Source: an uncultured Gammaproteobacteria bacterium
GTDB taxonomy: Bacteria > Patescibacteriota > Patescibacteriia > UBA9934 > GWF2-40-263
NCBI GenBank assembly: GCA_964513275.1
Contig: CAZELN010000003.1
Span: 1-41,476, forward strand
Length of the DNA: 41,476 nt
Direction of reading: 5' to 3'
Position 1 is the first letter of the stretch; every line of letters begins with the position of its first letter. Below, piece after piece: positions 35,442 through 41,476 of this stretch. The position numbers and the translations under genes are program-made. The notes under the pieces are model-generated. The model was not told the origin of the DNA, did no database searches, and saw only the letters and a list, made by a program, of their open reading frames with translations.

Positions 35442-37251
35442 ATTTATTTTGTTCTCGCTTGCGCATGACGGAATCCAGGATCGCTTTGCGGATGCGTAAA
35501 TGTTTTGGAGTAACCTCCAGCAGTTCATCGTCCCCCAAAAATTCCAGACTCAACTCAAGCGTCATGTCGCGAGGCGGTTCAAGCGCCACACTCGCCCCAT
35601 CTCCTTTGGAACGCATGTTCGACAACTTTTTCTCTTTGCACGGATTCACTTCCATATCTTCCTGTCGAGAATTTTCTCCGATCACCATCCCGACATACAC
35701 CTCCACGCCAGGGCCGACAAACAAACTTCCACGCTCCTGGAGGTTCGTGAGCGAGTAGCCCATCGTCGTTCCCTGCTCCATGGAAATCATCGCTCCATGT
35801 CCGGTCGTTGTAATGTCACCGGCCTTCTCTCGATATCCCAGCAAAAGCGTATTCAAAATGCCCTGACCTTTGGTGTCCGTCAAAAATTCACTGCGGTATC
35901 CGATGAGTCCGCGTGTTGGGATCTCAAACTCAAGAAAGGCAATACCGTTTTCCACAAGCATGTCTTTCATCTCGCCCCGACGTTTTCCCATCTTTTCAAT
36001 GACCGTTCCAGTAAAACTTTCAGGACACTCAATGGAAACGGCCTCGTACGGCTCCATTGTCCTATCGTTCAGTTCCTTGAAAATCACTTGCGGGCGCGAC
36101 ACTTGCAGTTCATATCCTTCACGACGCATTTTCTCGATAAGGATGGCCAGGTGCAGTTCCCCTCGACCAGAGACAATGAACTGACTGTCGCCCTCGCCTT
36201 TTTCGATCTTCAATGCCACGTCGTTGAGAAGTTCCTTTTCAAGTCGCTCTTTCAGGTGTCGAGCGGTCGAAAATTCTCCCTCGTTCCCCGCAAACGGAGA
36301 GGTGTTAGCTCCAAATGTCATCTTCCCGGTCGGTTCTTCAATCTGAAGAACAGGCAACGCTTTTCCTTCCACGGGATCCACGAGCGACTCCCCAATCTGC
36401 ACGTTTTCCACGCCCGCGATCGCCACGATCTCTCCAGCTTCTGCCATCTCAACGTCCTTGCGGCCAAGTCCCGCATACACTTGCAACGTGGTAATACGCG
36501 ACGTTTTCTGCGCCCCATGACGATCAATATGCTTGATCTGTAACCCTTGTCTCACCACGCCGTTCATGACGCGGCCAACCGCAATGCGACCCTTGTAGTT
36601 ATCGTAAAAAATGTTCACGACCTGAATCTGGAGCGGGAGTGTCTTGTCACCGGAAGGTCCTGGTACGTGCTCGACGACCGCGTCTAAGAGAGGCGTAATA
36701 TCACTCATGGTTGTAATGTCGGCCTCAATGCCTGCCACACCGTTTATGGCACTGGCATACAAAACAGGAAAATGCGCTTGCTCGTCAGTTGCTCCCAGAT
36801 CGATAAATAAATCAAACGTCTTGTCTAGAACCCACGCGGGACGCGCGTCCTTCTTGTCGATCTTATTGATCACAAGAATCACACGATGGCCTGCTTCCAA
36901 GGCTTTCTTTAAAACGAATTTCGTCTGCGGCATCGGGCCTTCCTTGGCATCGACAAGAAGAAGACAACCATCAACGAGGTTCATGATGCGCTCCACTTCT
37001 CCCCCAAAATCCGCGTGGCCTGGGGTATCGACGATATTGATCTTGCGTCCCTTCCAATCGATGGCCGCGTTCTTGGCAAAAATCGTAATGCCCCGCTCGC
37101 GCTCAAGCTCGTTACTGTCCATGATGGTTGTTCCCTGCGCATCCGCATCGCGGAACGTATTGGATTGCTTCAAAAGCGCATCCACCAGGGTGGTCTTCCC
37201 ATGGTCGACGTGCGCGATGATGGCAATATTTCGAATGTCGTCTCGTGTCAT
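35440..37251 (-). CDS. typA: Translational GTPase TypA/BipA
   Basis: [36 protein letters not shown] and NKIDK. 603 aa with the BipA-type C-terminal domain. Confidence 0.95.
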   Translation of the reverse strand: MTRDDIRNIAIIAHVDHGKTTLVDALLKQSNTFRDADAQGTTIMDSNELERERGITIFAKNAAIDWKGRKINIVDTPGHADFGGEVERIMNLVDGCLLLVDAKEGPMPQTKFVLKKALEAGHRVILVINKIDKKDARPAWVLDKTFDLFIDLGATDEQAHFPVLYASAINGVAGIEADITTMSDITPLLDAVVEHVPGPSGDKTLPLQIQVVNIFYDNYKGRIAVGRVMNGVVRQGLQIKHIDRHGAQKTSRITTLQVYAGLGRKDVEMAEAGEIVAIAGVENVQIGESLVDPVEGKALPVLQIEEPTGKMTFGANTSPFAGNEGEFSTARHLKERLEKELLNDVALKIEKGEGDSQFIVSGRGELHLAILIEKMRREGYELQVSRPQVIFKELNDRTMEPYEAVSIECPESFTGTVIEKMGKRRGEMKDMLVENGIAFLEFEIPTRGLIGYRSEFLTDTKGQGILNTLLLGYREKAGDITTTGHGAMISMEQGTTMGYSLTNLQERGSLFVGPGVEVYVGMVIGENSRQEDMEVNPCKEKKLSNMRSKGDGASVALEPPRDMTLELSLEFLGDDELLEVTPKHLRIRKAILDSVMRKREQNK

Positions 37252-37260
37252 AACGCCGGA

Positions 37261-37289
37261 AGAGTACGCGAAGACGACGTTTTGGTCAA
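37261..37289 (-). promoter_or_regulatory. Sigma70-like promoter of typA (TTGACC-17-TACTCT)
   Basis: On the reverse strand, TTGACC is at 37289-37284 and TACTCT at 37266-37261. The ATG is 9 nt downstream with no SD. Confidence 0.45.
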
Positions 37290-37293
37290 CCGT

Positions 37294-38331
37294 TTACCAA
37301 GTCAGTTTCCGCTCTTGCGCGATCAGACGCATCAAAGCATCTGTTTCTGGAGCAACCACTATGCCTTGCTTTACACTCTCAACGCGAGCCATAGATTCAA
37401 GCTCCCCGTGCAAATACACTCGCTTATTGGGCGCTGACGACTGTGTCAGACTTGTACAAAACGACTGCATGCGCGAAGCAAAGAGGTCTCGTGGCATAAA
37501 GCGTCCAATATCGATCGCCAAAAAACAATGTCCAACATTTCCCGGCCCAGCCTTTCCAACGTCCAAACCAAATCCAGATCCAGAAAGCACTCCGCAAAAA
37601 ATATCCACGAGCGCGGAAAGTCCGTAGCCTTTATAGCCAGCCATGGGCGCAATTCCGCCATCCAACCGTTTCGCAAGGATGTCCAATACCTGACGCGGAT
37701 TCAGGCACGGTTCACCGTTCCCATCCACGGCCCATCCAGGCTCAAGTGCCGTCCCCTCGCGATCACAGACTTCAATTTTTCCCCGCGACACGGCGCTTGT
37801 GGAGAAATCCATAAGCCACGGTTCAGCCTCATGTGGCACACAGACGGCGATCGGATTGGTCCCCAACACAGACTTTTTTCCGCCTGTGGGTACCATTAAG
37901 GGAGACGTGTTGGTCATCGCGATCCCAATCATGTCGGGTGCGGCGCGAGACGCGTAATACCCGGCGATGCCGAAGTGACTGGAATGACAAACCGTCACCA
38001 TCCCCAGACCGTATTCCTTGGCAAGAGCTGTGGCCGTATCCATCGCAAACACCCCGGCGACTTGGCCAAATCCATGATGCGCATCCACGCGTGCTACCGC
38101 TCCCTGCTGCCTCATGAGTTCTGGTTGCGCAAACACATCGACTTCCCCACTCTCAATCGCTTTCAGATAACGCGCCAAACGCGCCATGCCGTGCGAATAC
38201 ATTCCACACATATCTGCCTCCAAAAGGACATCCGCTACGCGTTGCGCCTGCAGAAGAGGTGTACCGACGCTCACAAGGGCTTGCTCAAGAAAGGAACGAA
38301 TCGTTTCAACAGGCTTACGAGATAATGTCAT
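37294..38331 (-). CDS. Ldh_2-family (malate / L-lactate / sulfolactate-type) NAD(P)-dependent dehydrogenase
   Basis: CGMYSHGMARLARYL, SSHFGIAGYY, and size and overall pattern fit the Ldh_2 family. Its ATG overlaps the upstream stop (ATGA). Confidence 0.75.
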   Translation of the reverse strand: MTLSRKPVETIRSFLEQALVSVGTPLLQAQRVADVLLEADMCGMYSHGMARLARYLKAIESGEVDVFAQPELMRQQGAVARVDAHHGFGQVAGVFAMDTATALAKEYGLGMVTVCHSSHFGIAGYYASRAAPDMIGIAMTNTSPLMVPTGGKKSVLGTNPIAVCVPHEAEPWLMDFSTSAVSRGKIEVCDREGTALEPGWAVDGNGEPCLNPRQVLDILAKRLDGGIAPMAGYKGYGLSALVDIFCGVLSGSGFGLDVGKAGPGNVGHCFLAIDIGRFMPRDLFASRMQSFCTSLTQSSAPNKRVYLHGELESMARVESVKQGIVVAPETDALMRLIAQERKLTW

Positions 38332-39461
38332 AGAATCGCGCGAAAGGCATGAATGAGATGGTCGAGTTTCTGAAGGGAAATTCCTGAAATGTTGATCCGT
38401 CCAGAGTCAGGGAGATACACCGCGAAACGGTCACGCAGTTCATGAATCTGCCTCTTGCTCAAAGGCAGGAGCGCAAACAGTCCGCGTGTGTCTTGAATGG
38501 AAGTGAGCAGCGGCACCTCGCTCACCAGCGCTTCTCGTCGACGATCGATACTCTCACGCATGTCGTCAACGTGCTGACACCACTCACTCAATGAGTGAGT
38601 CAAGATATCCCGCATAATATATTGTCCCCACGCCGGAGGATTGGAAATGCTCGCGCGAATCACCGCGCGCGCATGCGACTCTACCAATAGCTTCTCCCGT
38701 GCCTTCACGAATAAGGCACCTGTGCGGTGGCAATAGAGCGTCGCATTTTTTGAGAATGAAACCGCGACGGCGATATTTTCGAGTTCCTCGCACAACAGAC
38801 GCACGCCTTGTGTATCTTGTTCTACTCCCTCACCCAAGCCGAGGTAGGCAAAATCCACCAACACAAAGACTGGACGTGATTGCAACAGGGGAATGAGATG
38901 TCGCAGGTTATCCAACGTCAGATTGCGTCCTGTTGGATTATGCGTTGGACCGCCATGCAACAACAGGATGGTCGGATGCGTAACGCGTTCAATCGCCTCC
39001 TGATAGGCTTCCACATTCACCGATCCGTCATCGCGCAGATGCGCGCACGTTTCGATGGAAAGCGAAGAAAAAATGTTTACATGATTAACCCACGTGGGCG
39101 TGGGAAGCATTAGTCGTGCGTATCCCGCCCGCGCGGCAAGCTGACCAAAGAGCCAGCAGGCCTGCGTACCACCGCACGTGGCTTGGCTGGCAAACGTCGC
39201 GTGATCAAACCGCTGACCAAATACCAACCGCCCAGTGGCTTCTAAAAATTCTGTGACACCGCCGATGGGCGCGTAATCAAAATTATTCGTCGGCATCTGA
39301 CGCGCCGCACGCTCCACAACCGGCATCACAAACGATTGACCGGCTTCTGTCGCGTAGATCCCAATTCCGAGGTTGATTTTATTTGGATTGGTTTCTTTGC
39401 GAAAATCGGCTGTGAGTTGAAAGAGCGGATCTGGAGGTAAAAGAGGAAGAGATGAAAACAT
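38328..39461 (-). CDS. aspC: Class I (subfamily I-alpha, AspC/TyrB-like) aminotransferase
   Basis: N-terminal DPLFQLTADFRKETNPNKINLGIGIY, PLP-Lys motif SFSKNATLYCHRTGALF (compare SYSKNFGLYNERVG in E. coli AspC), and the C-terminal GRINISG. Confidence 0.8.
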   Translation of the reverse strand: MFSSLPLLPPDPLFQLTADFRKETNPNKINLGIGIYATEAGQSFVMPVVERAARQMPTNNFDYAPIGGVTEFLEATGRLVFGQRFDHATFASQATCGGTQACWLFGQLAARAGYARLMLPTPTWVNHVNIFSSLSIETCAHLRDDGSVNVEAYQEAIERVTHPTILLLHGGPTHNPTGRNLTLDNLRHLIPLLQSRPVFVLVDFAYLGLGEGVEQDTQGVRLLCEELENIAVAVSFSKNATLYCHRTGALFVKAREKLLVESHARAVIRASISNPPAWGQYIMRDILTHSLSEWCQHVDDMRESIDRRREALVSEVPLLTSIQDTRGLFALLPLSKRQIHELRDRFAVYLPDSGRINISGISLQKLDHLIHAFRAIL

Positions 39462-39486
39462 ACAGGAACATTCTACCGCATTTCCG

Positions 39487-39515
39487 TTGACAGAAAGAAC
39501 ATTTTCAATTAGTCT
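39487..39515 (+). promoter_or_regulatory. Sigma70-like promoter of the M48 peptidase gene (TTGACA-17-TAGTCT)
   Basis: TTGACA at 39487-39492 and TAGTCT at 39510-39515. GGAGAG (39527-39532) lies 4 nt before the ATG. Confidence 0.5.
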
Positions 39516-39536
39516 CCATCAGTTCTGGAGAGAACC

Positions 39537-40382
39537 ATGTTTCAGGCCGATCGACAAAAGGCCATTAACATGTGGCACAGGCGTACCTGGTATTCGACAT
39601 TGTGCGCATTAGCTCTGCTTGGGCTCTATGCGATCCTCTGTGCCATGTCCTGGATGGTCCTGGGTCCGGTGCTGAGTGTCGTGTTGTGGACGTTCTTCTT
39701 GATCGTTCCCTCTCTTTACCTCCAATCCTTCCTTGAGGGGAAACCAGACGCAGACACCCTTAGCGAGGAGCCAGCCGGAGAGGTGCGCGAGCGCCTCTAT
39801 CAGATCCGGGCACGGATTGAACAACGGACCCGGACAACCATTCCGCCGATTCTCATCAGTCGGCTCAAGGAAGAAAACGCGTTCATCGTCCACGCTCCTT
39901 CGCGTGGTGACGCCCTTATCCTCCTGACGCGGTCTATGCTCCGGCGGTACAAAGATCCTGTCCTGCGAGCAGCCGTTGCCCACGAGCTTGGCCACTTCTA
40001 CGCGTGGGATTACCATCTCCATCTGGTGGCAACCCAACCGGCCTGGTTCCTCTTCCGCCTCTGTTCTTTCCCGCGCAAATTCGGGAAGGTCGGCAGCGCG
40101 CTTACGTTCGCCTTCATGTTCCCATTGAGGCCTCTGGAGGCGCTGCTCGCCTTCACGTCACGGCAGAGGGAGTTTGCCGCAGACTCGTTCATGCTGTGGG
40201 TCGTGGGAGAGGTGGATTCCCTCGAGGAACTCCTGTTCACGAAGGCGGAGGAAGTTGATCCGGAAAACTCCCACGAAAGCCTGTATAGTCCAGGGATGCT
40301 CTTGGCAGGACACCCGACGAATGTCGAGCGAATCGACGCCCTGCGCGCTCTGGAGGTACGCTCTTCAACGAAACGGCACTAA
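39537..40382 (+). CDS. M48-family (HtpX-like) membrane zinc metallopeptidase
   Basis: Two N-terminal TM helices, HELGH zinc motif (AVAHELGHFYAWD) and a downstream REFAAD glutamate. Confidence 0.75.
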   Translation: MFQADRQKAINMWHRRTWYSTLCALALLGLYAILCAMSWMVLGPVLSVVLWTFFLIVPSLYLQSFLEGKPDADTLSEEPAGEVRERLYQIRARIEQRTRTTIPPILISRLKEENAFIVHAPSRGDALILLTRSMLRRYKDPVLRAAVAHELGHFYAWDYHLHLVATQPAWFLFRLCSFPRKFGKVGSALTFAFMFPLRPLEALLAFTSRQREFAADSFMLWVVGEVDSLEELLFTKAEEVDPENSHESLYSPGMLLAGHPTNVERIDALRALEVRSSTKRH

Positions 40383-40434
40383 AGCGAACAAGCTGCGCCG
40401 TTTTTTTCTTTTCTTTTGAGTCCGTCAGTCAGTC

Positions 40435-40462
40435 TTGACGGATTGTGGACGACTGTTAGGCT
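40435..40462 (+). promoter_or_regulatory. Sigma70-like promoter (TTGACG-16-TAGGCT) of the coiled-coil gene
   Basis: The -10 box ends 8 nt before ATG 40471, with no SD. Confidence 0.4.
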
Positions 40463-40470
40463 GACACTAT

Positions 40471-41376
40471 ATGACATCCACCCTTCCTTTGGCCAAACGA
40501 ACCAAGCAAGAAATTTTGGAGGAATTCGAAAAAATGCGCGAAAAAATGGACGAACTCCAAACAGCTGGAAAGACCATCCAGAGTCCTGCAACAAAGGAGA
40601 TCGTCGAAAAAACACAGCAAGTCACAGGTCAGAGCATCGATCAGGCGTGCACAGATTTTCAAAAATTTGTTGGAGTGTCGTTGAGCGAATTGCGTCTGTC
40701 GTACTTACAGCAGCTGGAGGCGTTCCAGCAAGTGCAAAAAGCCGTTGATGTTTCACGTCAACAACTTGAAATGCAGTATCACATCGAAGTCGGCGCAGAA
40801 TCCGTGTCACGGCTTGTAAACGAATACGAACAAAAGCAACGGGAGTTCGATGAACAACTATCCCTCAAAAAACGAGAGTGGGAACGTGAGCGAGAAGAAT
40901 ACGAATATCAAAAACGCCTCAGGCAAGAACGTGACAAACGCGAAATCGAGGAGCGTGAAAAAGCGCTCGTAGAGAGAGAAACGGCTATTCGCACACAGGA
41001 ACAAGAAATCACACAGATGCGAAAAACCATTGATCAATTCCCACATGAGATTGAACAGGCACTCGCCACAAAAGAACAAACGATCCGCGAGCAGCTCACC
41101 CAGCAGTTTGGCCATGAAAAAGTGCTTTTCGAAAAAGAAATGCAAGGACAAGTGCGCATGCTGGAACTTACCGTCAAACATCTGGAGGATCGACTCGCTC
41201 TCCAAATGAATGAACTTGCTGCGCTCAAGCAACAGGCCGAGGAAGCCAATGCAAAAGCGCAAACTCTTGCCGTAAAGGCCATTGAGCGACCAATGACCAT
41301 CGTGAGCTCGCCTGCAGCAGCTCCTTCACCGCAACCGTCATACCAAGACCGACGGTCAGGCGGAAGTCATGGATAA
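40471..41376 (+). CDS. Long coiled-coil protein (301 aa), function unknown
   Basis: E/K/Q/R-rich heptad-like sequence throughout, with a Pro/Ser-rich tail. Confidence 0.65.
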   Translation: MTSTLPLAKRTKQEILEEFEKMREKMDELQTAGKTIQSPATKEIVEKTQQVTGQSIDQACTDFQKFVGVSLSELRLSYLQQLEAFQQVQKAVDVSRQQLEMQYHIEVGAESVSRLVNEYEQKQREFDEQLSLKKREWEREREEYEYQKRLRQERDKREIEEREKALVERETAIRTQEQEITQMRKTIDQFPHEIEQALATKEQTIREQLTQQFGHEKVLFEKEMQGQVRMLELTVKHLEDRLALQMNELAALKQQAEEANAKAQTLAVKAIERPMTIVSSPAAAPSPQPSYQDRRSGGSHG

Positions 41377-41390
41377 CTCCACTATGAAAT

Positions 41391-41422
41391 AAAACAGACG
41401 TTCTGCTTAGAACGTCTGTTTT
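41391..41422. terminator. Bidirectional terminator (12-14 bp perfect stem)
   Basis: AACAGACGTTCT-gctt-AGAACGTCTGTT, followed by TTTT on the + strand and TTTTATTTC on the - strand. It serves the coiled-coil gene and the convergent tRNA-Glu. Confidence 0.75.
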
Positions 41423-41476
41423 GGTGACCCCACCGGGAGTCGAACCCGGCTTACCAGGATGAAAACCTGATGTCCT
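41422..41476 (-). tRNA. tRNA-Glu (anticodon UUC), 5' part beyond the window edge
   Basis: The visible 55 nt are AGGACA-TCAGG-TTTTCAT-CCTGG-TAAG-CCGGG-TTCGACT-CCCGG-TGGGGTC-A-CCA. This is closely parallel to E. coli tRNA-Glu from the D-arm onward. Confidence 0.8.

Noticed and set aside
35500-37627. 347-aa and 327-aa + strand ORFs (35500-36543, 36644-37627)
   Set aside because: They are antisense to typA and the Ldh_2 gene. Their composition is shadow-ORF-like and they have no motifs.
1-41476. Alternative genetic code (for example UGA recoding as in some CPR lineages)
   Set aside because: TGA, TAA and TAG all terminate well-defined conserved genes at the expected lengths (TGA: truB, pyrC, tsaD, aspC; TAA: rny, hup, rnc, typA; TAG: csoR). 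No conserved gene needs readthrough.
1-41476. CRISPR arrays, rRNA genes, transposases, integrases and long direct or tandem repeats
   Set aside because: Reading both strands, I found no regularly spaced repeats, no rRNA-like conserved blocks and no DDE or tyrosine-recombinase motifs. The only repetition is codon-level, in the Met-rich gene (the GCATCATGCTTCC motif occurs three times).

Overview
This 41.5-kb window reads as chromosomal DNA from a small-genome bacterium. My guess is an uncultivated CPR/Patescibacteria-like lineage, which is inference only.

It is dominated by housekeeping genes: truB, rny, HU, proS, rnc, nusB, rpmF, gyrA, rpsA, ftsH, tsaE, tsaD, upp and typA. It also contains tRNA-Arg(UCG), tRNA-Lys(CUU) and a truncated tRNA-Glu(UUC).

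Non-core content is interleaved with these genes:
- A CsoR-controlled copper locus (csoR, a hypothetical gene, an HMA-permease-cupredoxin fusion, copZ, copA), followed by a convergent four-gene membrane operon that encodes a very Met-rich protein.
- A 391-aa intein with an HNH-type nuclease inside gyrA, at a site different from the classical mycobacterial GyrA intein site.
- A GC-rich block (about 4.7-8.3 kb) holding an orphan 225-aa protein, a truncated permease-like remnant and a stand-alone SF2 helicase with about 370 aa of unassigned C-terminal sequence. This is my best candidate for an undescribed accessory or defence-like module.
- A divergent nucleotidyltransferase / APH-type kinase pair.
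- A roughly 240-bp high-GC patch next to tRNA-Arg.
- A GC-rich gene at the left edge that the ORF track missed.

Two window-wide patterns stood out. Many core genes have a -10 box 8-12 nt from the start codon and no Shine-Dalgarno (SD) sequence, so they look leaderless. Strong SD sites occur almost only on the GC-rich, apparently acquired genes.

I found no rRNA, CRISPR array, transposase or integrase. All homology statements come from motif recognition by eye. No searches or computations were run beyond manual translation and counting.
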